Positions 28,590-38,408 of a stretch of DNA of 64,000 nucleotides are shown here, piece by piece. The translations under genes and the position numbers were made by a program. The notes under the pieces are model-generated. The model was given only the letters and a program-made list of their open reading frames with translations, was not told where the DNA came from and did not search any database. Each line of letters begins with the position of its first letter. Positions within the stretch are counted from its first letter, which is position 1. Source of the stretch: an uncultured Acidimicrobiia bacterium (GTDB lineage: Bacteria; Actinomycetota; Acidimicrobiia; Spongiisociales; ZC4RG35); NCBI GenBank assembly GCA_963744905.1, contig CAVUUV010000004.1, forward strand, positions 102,360-166,359, given 5' to 3'.

Positions 28590-29015
28590 GCCGGGCGCAG
28601 GACCCCGCCCCCGCTTGGCTGAGCGCTCTCCCCCGGACCCAGTGGCTCCCATCGCTCCCGGTGCTTCCCGGCTGCGAACAGCGGCGATCCGGGACCTCAG
28701 GAACCAGGTATCCATCTCCCCCTTGCCTTTGAGGCTGGCCCGACCCCGGGGCTCGCACTCGAAGTCAGGCTGGATGCGGATCCTGTCTGGCTCGCCGTGA
28801 CTCCATCCGGGCGGCAGCTGTTCACTGTGTCTCCCCGCACGTCGTAGTGGAACTTGTTGGTAACGATCACCCCGCCCACGAGCGGCCCCGAGTTGATGCC
28901 GATCCGGACCGCGAGCCGCCTGCCGTTCCTGGCGGGAATCCGCACCCGAGCCTCGAGCATGTCGCTGTCCCAAGTCGCAGATGGCGTGAACGTGATCGGG
29001 TCGGGGAACCGGCAC
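28590..29015 (-). pseudogene. Truncated, frameshifted remnant of a class III adenylate/guanylate cyclase domain
   Basis: …LAVRIGINSGPLVGGVIVTNKFHYDVRGDTVN… then, after a frame change, …AARMESHGEPDRIRIQPDFECEPRGRASLKGKGEMDTWFL. These are canonical C-terminal cyclase motifs. No N-terminal half is present. Confidence 0.5.
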
Positions 29016-29026
29016 GCCGGCAGACG

Positions 29027-29236
29027 TCAGCCCCGATCGGCCGTGCTGGGGCCCTGGAGCAGCCGGGCGGGCAAACGGATGATCGCCCCGATCAGCTCGA
29101 ACACCGCCTTCACCGACACTCCCACCAGACGAAAGGGCAGGCTCAACAGCCAGACGATCGGGTACAGGATCAGCGCCAGCAGCGCCAGCGGCAACGAGAT
29201 GATCGCCAATATCAGCCAGAGAAGAAACTTGACCAT
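29027..29236 (-). CDS. Small hydrophobic membrane protein (hypothetical)
   Basis: 69 aa with two predicted TM helices. It lies directly downstream of the DUF4342 gene on the same strand. Confidence 0.35.
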   Translation of the reverse strand: MVKFLLWLILAIISLPLALLALILYPIVWLLSLPFRLVGVSVKAVFELIGAIIRLPARLLQGPSTADRG

Positions 29237-29252
29237 CGCTGTGGGGAACAGT

Positions 29253-29534
29253 CTAGGAGGGCTGCTTGGCCTCGACCCGCTCGATCTCGATGGTGCATTC
29301 AGTCACCAGGGCGGCCAGGGCACCAACCGCGGCCAACACCGGAGCGATGACGACGCCCACCACTCCGATAGTGAGGGGAATCTCCATCAGCCTGTGGCCG
29401 TCCCTGTCGGTGATGGCGATGCGACGCACATTCCCTTCATGCACGATCTCTTTGATCTTGGCCAGAAGATCGTCGCCCTTGACCTCGATGGTCTCAGTGT
29501 GGACCTTCTCCTCGGTAGTCACATTGGTCACCAT
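29253..29534 (-). CDS. DUF4342 domain protein
   Basis: …LLAKIKEIVHEGNVRRIAITDRDGHRLMEIPLTIGVVGVVIAPVLAAVGALAALVTECTIEIER… matches the family. The start is at the ATG at 29534, preceded by a GGAAGGAG RBS. Confidence 0.7.
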   Translation of the reverse strand: MVTNVTTEEKVHTETIEVKGDDLLAKIKEIVHEGNVRRIAITDRDGHRLMEIPLTIGVVGVVIAPVLAAVGALAALVTECTIEIERVEAKQPS

Positions 29535-29766
29535 GGTCTCCTTCCTCGGTCCCGAGTTGCTCCAGATGCCTCCATCTTGACCATCCGAGCTCGAGGTGCC
29601 AGGGGACAAGGTCCCATGTGGCCCACAAGAGACGGCCCGGGACCGGACCAGGACGGGTCCCGGGCGTAGCTGGAACGGAATCGCCATCAGCGAATCCCCC
29701 GGTTCGACCCAGCCTTCGAGCTTCGGTACTCGAGCCGAGTCACGGGTGGAGAGCGCCACGAGGTGG

Positions 29767-29798
29767 GAGGCGCGGGAACCGCCGGGTTCCCGCGCCTC
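29767..29798. terminator. 14-bp perfect stem / 4-nt loop hairpin downstream of the 30100–29822 gene
   Basis: The hairpin is GAGGCGCGGGAACC-gccg-GGTTCCCGCGCCTC. A second hairpin lies at 29637–29665. Confidence 0.45.
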
Positions 29799-29821
29799 TG
29801 CGGCCCACCTGGTTGTTGACG

Positions 29822-30100
29822 TCAGTACTGGATCGCCTCGACCTCTTCGAAGATCTCGACCCTGGGCTGGCCGGTGACGCCGGCCCGGTGCATCGACTCT
29901 TTCAGGTCGGCGTTGTCGACGAAGGCCCGGGCGGCCTCGGTGGTGTCGAAGCCGGCCACGACCGTGATGTTGTTGGGATCATCGACGTTGCGGTTGATGC
30001 GGTGAAACAGCGCACCACCCTTGGCCGGCGGGTACTCGTCGAAGACGGCCTTCCAGCGGTCGTAGTCCTCGACCTCGTGGTTGATGGCGAGCATTTGCAT
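29822..30100 (-). CDS. Small ferredoxin-like-fold protein (ABM/Dabb-like), hypothetical
   Basis: 92 aa. The start ATG at 30100 is preceded by a GGAAAGGAG RBS. Confidence 0.5.
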   Translation of the reverse strand: MQMLAINHEVEDYDRWKAVFDEYPPAKGGALFHRINRNVDDPNNITVVAGFDTTEAARAFVDNADLKESMHRAGVTGQPRVEIFEEVEAIQY

Positions 30101-30161
30101 GCTTTCTCCTTTCCTCGACCCGTTCTCGGGTCGTGCTGTGTGTAAGCGGCCTCTTGCCGCC

Positions 30162-31028
30162 TCAGCCTGCGAACAGCTCCTCACGAAGGAACTGTTCGAT
30201 GCCGCGTGGCCGGAACCCGGTCAGCGTCTCGGTGATTGGCTGCGGATCACCGAGATAGGTTGTCGCCTGGAAGTAGTCGAACAGCTCGGCATAGGCGTCC
30301 TTGTGCGGCTCCGACAGCGGGAACCCGGCCACGTACTCGCGGCTCGTCACCGGCGCCTGTTGGTAGGCGACCGGGCGACCCAGCACCGAGGTGGCGGCTT
30401 CGGCGATCTGCTCGCCGGTGATCCCGCCGGGGACGTGGACGTCGAATCCCCGGTTGGCCGGACCCCGATCGAAGAACGCCGCCGCCGCGGTGACGATGTC
30501 CTCGACGTCGGTCGCCGCCCACACCATGTCCCCGGGCCATGGCATGCTCACCACTCCCTGGGACAGATAGTCTCGAGCCGCCCACAGGTTCTGGAGGAAC
30601 CACGCCGGCCGCAGGATCGTGTACCCGATGCCCGAGTGGGCCACTCGCTCCTCGATTGGAGTCTTGTTGTCGAGGACCCGTGCCCCGGTGTCGCCACGGT
30701 CCGCCCCCACGGCAGAGTGCATGACGAGATGCGCCACGTCGTGCTTGAGGGCGGCATCGATGACGTTGTCGGCAACGATCCGTTCTGTGGCGAACAGATC
30801 GTCGCCTCCCTCCATCGGTGTGAGATACACACCGTCGGCTCCCTCCACCACTTTGATCGCCTGCTCAGGGTCGGTCAGGTCGGCGGCGACCGGCTCCACG
30901 CCACCGTCCCAGTTCCCCGGGTTCCGACAGATCGCCCGCACCCGGCTGCCTTGTGCCGCAAGGCGCCGCGCCAGCCGGCCGCCAATCGTTCCCGTCGCTC
31001 CGATGATTGCGATGGTTCCCATGTGCAT
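30162..31028 (-). CDS. NmrA-family NAD(P)-binding oxidoreductase
   Basis: An IAIIGATGTIGGRLARRL Rossmann motif is present. The length is 288 aa. Confidence 0.8.
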   Translation of the reverse strand: MHMGTIAIIGATGTIGGRLARRLAAQGSRVRAICRNPGNWDGGVEPVAADLTDPEQAIKVVEGADGVYLTPMEGGDDLFATERIVADNVIDAALKHDVAHLVMHSAVGADRGDTGARVLDNKTPIEERVAHSGIGYTILRPAWFLQNLWAARDYLSQGVVSMPWPGDMVWAATDVEDIVTAAAAFFDRGPANRGFDVHVPGGITGEQIAEAATSVLGRPVAYQQAPVTSREYVAGFPLSEPHKDAYAELFDYFQATTYLGDPQPITETLTGFRPRGIEQFLREELFAG

Positions 31029-31149
31029 CCTTTCCGCCTTCGTGTCTCGACTTTCGAGCCACACCGACTATCATCTTGTATCGCACTATCTACTTTCTGA
31101 TAGTCCGATATAGGATCATTCGAGTTCGAACTATACACTAGAGGAGACG
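31029..31149. promoter_or_regulatory. Divergent NmrA/MarR promoter-operator region with nested palindromes
   Basis: GACTATCA…TGATAGTC inverted repeats occur together with an internal ACTATC-N8-GATAGT. There is also a perfect 10-bp palindrome, AGTTCGAACT. Confidence 0.45.
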
Positions 31150-31611
31150 ATGAGTCAACCCCCCACTCGCCCAGGCGGCCGCGACGATCCCGGCCTGCGG
31201 GCCTGGCGCGCCCTGATGGAACTCCACATGGAGCTCACCACGCTCTTCGACACCGAATTCCGGGAGCAATGCGGGATCGACCTTTCGATCTACGACACTC
31301 TGCTCCACGTCTATGAGTCAGGACCGGAAGGGATCCGCATGACCGACCTCTCCGAGCGACTGGTGGTCAGCAAGTCCGGACTGACCACCATCATCGACCG
31401 CCTCGAGGCACGGGGCCTTCTCCGACGGGTCCCCGATCCCGACGATCGGCGAGCGATTCGCATCGCCATCACCGATGAGGGATACGCCGTGCTCCGGTCG
31501 GCGGCCAAGGTCCATATGGCCAGCGTCGACCACAACTTCTCGAGCCACATCACCGACGATGAGGCCCAAATGATCATCGACATCGTCGATCGGATCCGCG
31601 CAGACGAATGA
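31150..31611 (+). CDS. MarR-family transcriptional regulator
   Basis: It has a winged-HTH core (…GIRMTDLSERLVVSKSGLTTIIDRLEARGLLRRVPDPDDRRA…). Confidence 0.85.
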   Translation: MSQPPTRPGGRDDPGLRAWRALMELHMELTTLFDTEFREQCGIDLSIYDTLLHVYESGPEGIRMTDLSERLVVSKSGLTTIIDRLEARGLLRRVPDPDDRRAIRIAITDEGYAVLRSAAKVHMASVDHNFSSHITDDEAQMIIDIVDRIRADE

Positions 31612-31674
31612 CCCCGGCTGCGCTCGAACAAAGACAATGCCGTGTCACGGCCGGGCTCGACGAGTGGGCCGGGC

Positions 31675-33873
31675 TTATGCGGTTCGGGCGAAGAAGTCGA
31701 CCAACACCTCGACCACTGCCGCTGGATGCTCGGCATGAAAGACATGCCCGGCTTTTTCGAAGATGACCAGCTCGGAGTGGGGTGCGAGCCGGGCTATGGA
31801 CCGAGCATTGTCGGTCGGGACCAGCAAGTCTCTGTCGCCGGCCATTACCAGCAGGGGGACCTCGAGTCTCGCCAACCGATCCGAGGCGTCGAACGACCTC
31901 ATCGCCTCCGAACGACGGCCCAGCTCCTCGAGCGAATGCGGGTACGCCTGCTTGCTGGCCAGGAACCACTCTCCCACCTCGGGGTGGTGACGGAGGGTGT
32001 CGGGGTGGAATCCGATGCCGAGCACTGCCTCCCTATCGGCGTCGCCGGCGTCAGGGTCACGAAACCAACGGGGACTGCAGCGTCGCCGGTCACCTCGTTC
32101 CGGCGCTCGGCCTAGGAACGGTGGACCTGGATGCCCCGACCCTTGACGGGGAGGCCATCTGATGGATAGGCGGGCCCGCCGTAGACCAGCGACCCATCCG
32201 GGGCCGCGGACTGTGATCCAGAACAGATCGCGGTCGGATGTGGCCAGACGCTCGTCCGTCGCAACCACGTCGAAGCTGTAGCCGGCCTCTCCATTCAGGC
32301 GTGCCGTGCCGGAGAAACGTGCGATACCGTCGGCGATACGAAGGTCACGCAGAGAAGTGGCGTGCAAGTTGAAGCCACGCCCAGCCTGCAGCTCCAGATT
32401 GCCGGCCACGGTTCCCGATCGGGTCCAGCGGGCCACGAATCCGAAGGTGGCCTTGGGCGAGGCCTCGGGCCTGCCCGGCAACGATCCGACCGGAGAGCTG
32501 ACCCACCCTCCCCCGGTGACGAAGGTATCGGGGTCGAACACGAACACGGTGCCGATCTGCGCCGTGTCGGAACCGCCGTCGTCGTCGGTGACTGTGACGG
32601 CGACCGTGTACGTTCCCGGCATCTGATACTCGTGGGAGGCCGAAGCGTTGCCGGCACCGCCCGACTCGCTCACCGCTCCCGGCGACGAAGAACCGTCTCC
32701 CCAATCGAACGTGGCGACATGGGTGTCTTCGAATCCGGCGTCGGTGAAGTCCGCCCAGGCCGTGACGGCCGTCGCCAGGGGAGAGAGGGCCGGCAATCCG
32801 GATGTGGACGTGATCACCGGGGGAAGGTTCGTCACCGTGACCGTGAACCCGTCGGTGGCAGTGAGCAGGCCGTCGTCGGCCGTGACCACCGTCGGTCGAT
32901 GATCGGCGTCGTCGGGCTCCAAGCGGGACCAGCTCCAGGAGCCGTCTCCGTTGTCGACGAAACCGGTGCAGAAACCCGAGCAGCTCAGGTCGAGGGGGTC
33001 CCCGTCCGGATCCGAGAACGACCCCGAAGTGGAGGCCAGGGACCCCTCGGGGACGGTCACGTCGGCAGCGCCCGACTGCACCTCGGGAGGATCGTTGATC
33101 TGCTCGAAAGTAACGGGACCAAACCGCACACCCGCCTGCGAGAAGGCGTACAGGGCGAACCCGCCCGTCGGGAAGGCTCCGGTCTCATCGAATTCGAGCT
33201 GGTCGTTGACCCACAACCGGAGGTGGTCGGTCTCGTACTCGACGACGAAGTGGTAGGTGGAGCCGTTCACCCATCCCGCGTCTCCGAGGTTGGCCCCCCG
33301 AGCCAGCTCCTCGACCACTGCTGCGCCTCCCAGAGAAGCGTGGCTCCACAACTCCCCCCACAGGGGGACTCCCTCGATCCGGGTCAGGGCCAATCCCGGG
33401 GTGCCGTCGACCGGATCCGGGAAGTCGAACCAGCTGATCGACTGGGCGGCCTTTCGCCAGTCGACCAGCAGATAGTCGGCCCCCGGGTTGGTGATGTCAC
33501 CGGGGTCGTATCCAAGCGCCAGGCCGAAGAAGTCGTCATCGAAACCGTCCGGCATGGTGAAGTCGACAGTGATCCGGTAGTCGTCGGCCGGGTGGCCGCT
33601 GGCGAAGAAGGTGGGCGCACCGTTGACCACCTGGCTGACCACCTCGTTGCCGGATTGGAGCTGCCACTCCCCCGGCTGGGTGTAGATACCGGCGGGTGCC
33701 GGCGAAGACTCCCCGGTCCAGCCGGAGAGGTCGACCGGGCCGGCGGCCAGTGCTGGGGCGGCAAGCGCCATCGTGACCAGGGCGGTCAGGATCACATATC
33801 TTCGCATTGTCGACCCTCGCGCCCCACGGGCCTTACTCTCAGTGACAGAATACCACTCAGAGTGGGGACACAA
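31675..33873 (-). CDS. Secreted LamG/concanavalin-like (DUF1080-type) + PKD-domain protein whose reading frame runs into an alpha/beta-hydrolase C-terminal fragment
   Basis: A signal peptide and then a jelly-roll-like N-domain are followed by a PKD-like repeat (…FDWGDGSS…YTVAVTVTDDDG…). The last ~115 aa resemble only the C-terminal half of an alpha/beta hydrolase (…LLVMAGDRDLLVP…EKAGHVFHAEHP…). Confidence 0.6.
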   Translation of the reverse strand: MCPHSEWYSVTESKARGARGSTMRRYVILTALVTMALAAPALAAGPVDLSGWTGESSPAPAGIYTQPGEWQLQSGNEVVSQVVNGAPTFFASGHPADDYRITVDFTMPDGFDDDFFGLALGYDPGDITNPGADYLLVDWRKAAQSISWFDFPDPVDGTPGLALTRIEGVPLWGELWSHASLGGAAVVEELARGANLGDAGWVNGSTYHFVVEYETDHLRLWVNDQLEFDETGAFPTGGFALYAFSQAGVRFGPVTFEQINDPPEVQSGAADVTVPEGSLASTSGSFSDPDGDPLDLSCSGFCTGFVDNGDGSWSWSRLEPDDADHRPTVVTADDGLLTATDGFTVTVTNLPPVITSTSGLPALSPLATAVTAWADFTDAGFEDTHVATFDWGDGSSSPGAVSESGGAGNASASHEYQMPGTYTVAVTVTDDDGGSDTAQIGTVFVFDPDTFVTGGGWVSSPVGSLPGRPEASPKATFGFVARWTRSGTVAGNLELQAGRGFNLHATSLRDLRIADGIARFSGTARLNGEAGYSFDVVATDERLATSDRDLFWITVRGPGWVAGLRRARLSIRWPPRQGSGHPGPPFLGRAPERGDRRRCSPRWFRDPDAGDADREAVLGIGFHPDTLRHHPEVGEWFLASKQAYPHSLEELGRRSEAMRSFDASDRLARLEVPLLVMAGDRDLLVPTDNARSIARLAPHSELVIFEKAGHVFHAEHPAAVVEVLVDFFARTA

Positions 33874-34042
33874 GGGGAAAGTTCTCTAACTCCCCGCCCC
33901 CACTCCAGCGCCGGCATCCAACCAGAGGCGGGACCCCGGTCAGTTGCCCAGATCAGCGGCGGCCGCGCCACCGTGTTGATCGGTCCGAGCGGGCCGGCGC
34001 CTGATCACCGGCTCACCCAGGCGACAGCCGACTCTGCCTCGC

Positions 34043-35432
34043 TCAGGGCCCGGACGGACACGGTGCAGCCAACAAGTGTCCTCCCGGAGTCGTGAAGTCG
34101 GTGAACCGGCAGCCGTAGTCGTCCTCGGCCACGACCGAGGGGTCGGACACGATGTCGCCGGCCGGTTTGACGCCGTTCTCAACCCAATTCACCAGGTCTG
34201 CGAAAGCCGTCACCAGTTCGGTGGGAGTGAAACCGCAATGATTCACCCCGCGTATCGCCCTCTGCACCAGGAGATCGCTCCTACCGGCTCGCTGCACTTC
34301 TCCCGCGTAGACGACTTCGTTGAGGAACGGGACGAACAGGTCACCCAGGTTGTGGAGTGTCAGCACCGGAACACGGATGTCACCTCGCACCACCGGTATC
34401 GGGTTCAGTGTCTCGGACCGGCGCAACCAGGGGGCGGCATCAACCCGCACGATCTGGTCGTTCAACTCCTGCTCGGCGACCGAGATGGCCGGGTCGAGGT
34501 CCATCTGGTATTGGGTATCCCGGTTGTCCGGGACCGTCCCGGGCTTGCCCGCCACGGTGCCGTCGCTGACACCGAGGTCGAACAGGAAGTTGCCGGCCCC
34601 GGACGCGATAGGAGGGGAATGTGTTCCAGAAGTACCAGGCCTGGTCGAAGTTGGGACGATCTCCGCCCGAACGCAACTCGACCAGCTGCTTGAAAGCCTG
34701 GCCGGTCGGGTTCAGGGCGAGAGGCCACCCTCCGGGGGTCGATTCCAGGTTGGCCTTGATGGCCGGCACGTCCGCCCCTATGTAGGTAGCGCCATCGGTG
34801 ACGGGAAAGCGCGACTCGCCCAAGCCGAGCTGCTGGGCGGCCACGTTGAAGTCCAGGAAGTAGTCGAACAGCTCGTAATCTCCCAGCACCCCGCACACGG
34901 CCAGGGCTCCGTCGTAGGTCTGGGGGTATTGCTCGACAGAGCGTGCGGTCACGTGACCACCCATCGACCCACCGGTCATGTAAGTGGTTTCAGGATGACC
35001 GAACTGCTGGCCGAACAAGCGGACCAGCGCCTCTGTGTCCCTGACGCCGTCCCCCACGTTGTAGTCGTTGGAAGAGAAGCTGGACGCCGCCCAGGCGAAG
35101 CCGTTGGCGAGGAGGTAGGGACGAAGCGGGTGATTGTCCACCGTCAGCTCGAGGCCGCTTCCCCGGAAGCCGTGGGCCCACATCACCAGCGACCCGTTCC
35201 AGTCGGCGGGCACCTCGATGCGATAGCCGGCGCCCTGGTTTACTCCCCACACCCTGGTGGTGTCTTCGAATCCGGGAAGGGGATCGAAGGGGAGCTCGGC
35301 TTGATCGACGAACCAGGCAGGTTCCGGTTGAGGGGGCCCGTTGGGACCCCAACCGGAACCGAGAGCCGAAATCGGGCCCAGGGTCAGGACCAGCAGGGCG
35401 ACAACGGCGGTGACGGTAGATATGCGTCGCAT
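34043..35432 (-). CDS. Secreted alpha/beta-hydrolase-fold esterase/lipase-like protein (apparent frameshift near 34600)
   Basis: A signal peptide and a GGSMGG nucleophile-elbow motif are present. The 330-aa ORF and the 170-aa ORF overlap in different frames and join at FWNTFPSY / ASGAGNFLFDLG. Confidence 0.6.
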
Positions 35433-35676
35433 TCTTCTCCCTCAGCTTCTCTCTCCCAACCGTACTCTTCGACCCGAGGGTGTGGGCGCGAAGACTATGA
35501 GTCTTCGCGGGGACTCGTCCGGCGACATCCCCTCCGCCGGGGCGTTTCGTCCCGGCTTCCAGTCGTGGTGGTAACCGAGATCGTTTCAGCCCGGCTCCGC
35601 CGGCGTCCGGGAGGCTGGCCCGGCCAATGAACGCACCCGTCCAGGGCCGGAGTACCCCCCGACCTCGTCGATGCCG

Positions 35677-36715
35677 TCAGATGAGCAGACGGTCCTCGTA
35701 CTCGACCCGGGACAGGAGGTGGGGCTCGCCGTCGGTGATGAGGATCATGTCCTCGATGCGGACCCCGCCCCCTCCCGCGCACCTCGGGGACCCAGACGAG
35801 GGGTTCGACTGCGAACACCATGTTGGGCTGGAACTGATAGACAGTGGCTCCGGGCAGAGTTTCGCCTATGTACGGAGGCTCGTTGGCGCCCATCCCTATG
35901 CCGTGCCCGATGAAGAGGCTGAACAGATGATCCTCGAGCCCATGATCTGCGACCTTGGCGATGATGGCGTCAGCACAGTCCTGATTGGTGAAGCCGGGCC
36001 GCATCTTCTCCACACCCGCCATCAGCCCCTCGTATACGGCCGTGTAGATCTTCTGCTGTTGTCTGGATGGTCGCCCCACGACCGTCGTCCGGCCGATATC
36101 GGCGAAATAGCCATTCCACATGGCGCCGATGTCGATGAAACACAGGTCCTGATTTCTGATGATCTTGTCCGTGGCGAGACGGTGAGGCGGGGACATGTGC
36201 TCTCCCGAGGCCACATAGGGGGTGATCACATGGGCCATCTCGCCTCCGAGACGGAAAAGGGTCTGCATGGCGTCGGCGGCCACTTCGAGCTCGCGCCGAC
36301 CCGCCCTCGTCTCGTCCAGAGCTCTCTGCGTGACAGAGTCTCCGATTGCGCAGGCCTCCTCGATCACCGCCACCTCGAGATCTGTCTTGATCCACCGCGC
36401 CTCGTGCATGATGGTGTCTCCGTCCACTACCTCCACATCGGGCAGGTGGGAGCGAAGAGCCTCGATGAACGAGATATTGGCCTGATCGACGGCCAAGACC
36501 CCCGTCTCGCGCTCGCGCAAGAGGGGCGCCAGCGTCTCCTTCACGAAGCCGTCGACCAATTCCCGTTGTTCCATGATGGGAACTGCATGGGCGGCGCCAA
36601 GCCAGCTCATCCCGTACCCGGCCTTGTCGATCTCTCCTCCCGAGGCCAGCAAGATTGGGTCCTCGTCGGAGAACAACAGGGCTCCGTTCAGGGAAGTCGT
36701 CTTACCGGCGATCAA
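35677..36715 (-). CDS. M24-family metallopeptidase/hydrolase (Xaa-Pro peptidase/creatinase fold), apparent frameshift near 35770
   Basis: The pita-bread-fold metal ligands lie in …DIGAMWNGYFADIGRT… and …HGIGMGANEPP…. The C-terminus …GVRIEDMILITDGEPHLLSRVEYEDRLLI* is readable in another frame after a G/C-rich run. Confidence 0.7.
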
Positions 36716-36954
36716 CTGGGCGCGAAGCGAGGTCAGGTAGCGGACGTTCTCGTCTTTCCATACCAGCAGTGCATCGGCGTTCGAATGGACAAGGGCCTCC
36801 TTCGCCTTACCCAGGCGCTGACGGCGTAGCCGGGCGAAGTCGTACCGATCTTCCCAGTCGACGGCGAACGGTCCCTTGGCATATCCAGTGATGTCGATGC
36901 TCCTGTCTTCTCAGGGGAGACGCGGCTCGGTGGCCGACACGATATAGGGTGACG

Positions 36955-38004
36955 TCATGGCTCTGGCACGTCCTGCAGCCGGTCGGAAATATCCAGCCGT
37001 TCGGCCACCTGCCGGAGTTGGTCGAGGAGGACGTCGGGAACCGGAATCCCTCTCCGGCGCTGAGCGACCTCCAACTCGATGGCACCGTCTCCGGGAAGAC
37101 GCACCGCTCCCGGCGGGCCGGCGGATCGAAGCGCCCCCAGATGCTCATCCACGGCCAGCTCGAACTCGTCCTGGGGCCGCATGAGATCGGGACGGAGCAC
37201 GAGGATCGCCTGGCCGGTGTTTGCCACCTCATCGGCCACCGCCCGATGGTCGATGACCTCGGCGCCGAAGGCCGCTCCATTGAGGACGCCGGCGAGCATA
37301 CCGATGGCCACATTGAGGCCCGACCCCTTGTAGCCACCGATCGGCATGAGAAAGCCCTCGTCTGCTCGGGCCGGATCCGTGATCGGCTGACCCCCGGAGT
37401 CGACGACCCACCCTTCCGGCAACGTCTGGCCGGCCTGTGCGAGCACCTTGATCGTCCCGTGCGAGGCCACGGTCGTGGCGATATCGAGCGCGAAGGTACT
37501 GGTGTGACCCGGAATGGCGATCGAGATGGGATTCGTGCCCAGCAGCCTCTGATCGCCTCCCCACGGTGGCATCACGTTGGCGCTCGCCACCGCCATGTAG
37601 ATGGCGATGAAACCCTCCCGCGCAGCCATCGTGGTGTAGACGCCGGCGGCACCGGCGTGGTTGGAGCGGACGGTGCCGACCCAGGCCATGCCCGATTCCC
37701 TTGCCTTGGCAATGGCCGTCTCGACCGCACGGGTCATGACTACCTGCCCGAGTCCATTGTCCCCGTCCACCAACGCCGAGACCGGCGTGTCCCGGGTGCA
37801 CACGATGCTCGGACGCAGATTGATTCCCCCCGCTTCGATCCTGGTGACATAAGGCGGCACCCGAATGATGCCGTGGCCCGTCCGCCCTCTGAGGTCCGCC
37901 TCCAGAAGGCGCTGGGCCGTGATCCGGGCCTGATCTGGCATGACGTCCAGGCTGGTGAACACATCTTCGACGAAGCTCTGGAGGCGCTCCAGTGAGAACC
38001 TCAT
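36955..38004 (-). CDS. Ldh_2-family oxidoreductase (malate/L-lactate dehydrogenase family 2; ureidoglycolate/sulfolactate/Pyr2C-reductase-like)
   Basis: 349 aa. The …RTGHGIIRVPPY…HAGAAGVY… pattern matches the Ldh_2 family. Confidence 0.75.
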   Translation of the reverse strand: MRFSLERLQSFVEDVFTSLDVMPDQARITAQRLLEADLRGRTGHGIIRVPPYVTRIEAGGINLRPSIVCTRDTPVSALVDGDNGLGQVVMTRAVETAIAKARESGMAWVGTVRSNHAGAAGVYTTMAAREGFIAIYMAVASANVMPPWGGDQRLLGTNPISIAIPGHTSTFALDIATTVASHGTIKVLAQAGQTLPEGWVVDSGGQPITDPARADEGFLMPIGGYKGSGLNVAIGMLAGVLNGAAFGAEVIDHRAVADEVANTGQAILVLRPDLMRPQDEFELAVDEHLGALRSAGPPGAVRLPGDGAIELEVAQRRRGIPVPDVLLDQLRQVAERLDISDRLQDVPEP

Positions 38005-38384
38005 TGCTGGAACTGCTCCACGGTCTCGCCCGTATCGGCAAACGTGCGGGTCACGTGCGTGTCCCCGTAAACCCAGAGGATTCGCATCCTGGAAGTGCCG
38101 CTGTTGATGAAGCGATGAAGCTCGCCGGGAGCGATCTGAGTCGTGTCATAGGGAACCGCTGGTCGTTGTTCGCCTTCGAGTTCGGCCAGACCCTCCCCTT
38201 CTATGACGGTCACCTGCTCGATCGTGTTGTGACTGTGAAGGCGAATCGAGGTTCCGGGCGGAAAGGTCGTGATGCCCATGGTGAAGCGTTGCCCTTGCAG
38301 CGGCAGGGGCGTCAGGCGCACGCTTTCGATCCCGTTCCCCCTCTCAACGGGTTCACTCTGGTCGAACTTCAGCAATCTGGCCAT
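38001..38384 (-). CDS. Cupin-domain protein
   Basis: 127 aa with two His-containing cupin motifs (…HSHNTIEQVTVIEGEG… and …GELHRFIN…). It overlaps Ldh_2 by 4 nt. Confidence 0.7.
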   Translation of the reverse strand: MARLLKFDQSEPVERGNGIESVRLTPLPLQGQRFTMGITTFPPGTSIRLHSHNTIEQVTVIEGEGLAELEGEQRPAVPYDTTQIAPGELHRFINSGTSRMRILWVYGDTHVTRTFADTGETVEQFQQ

Positions 38385-38408
38385 CGTCTCTCTCCTAGGG
38401 CTCGCGTG

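Noticed and set aside
27840-29015. 391-aa minus-strand ORF spanning the DUF1801 gene region
   Set aside because: It is mostly out-of-frame garbage. Only its 3' part coincides with the real cyclase remnant, and the rest overlaps the convincing DUF1801 gene in another frame.
31115-31135. tRNA-like TTCGA-containing palindrome (AGTTCGAACT)
   Set aside because: It is an isolated 10-bp palindrome in a promoter region with no cloverleaf-compatible flanks. I found no tRNA or rRNA anywhere in the window.
32362-35630. Long plus-strand ORFs of 577 aa and 436 aa (32362–34095 and 34320–35630)
   Set aside because: They run antisense to the LamG/PKD gene and the secreted hydrolase gene. Their composition is Arg/Gly/Pro-rich, they show no family resemblance, and they overlap well-supported genes.
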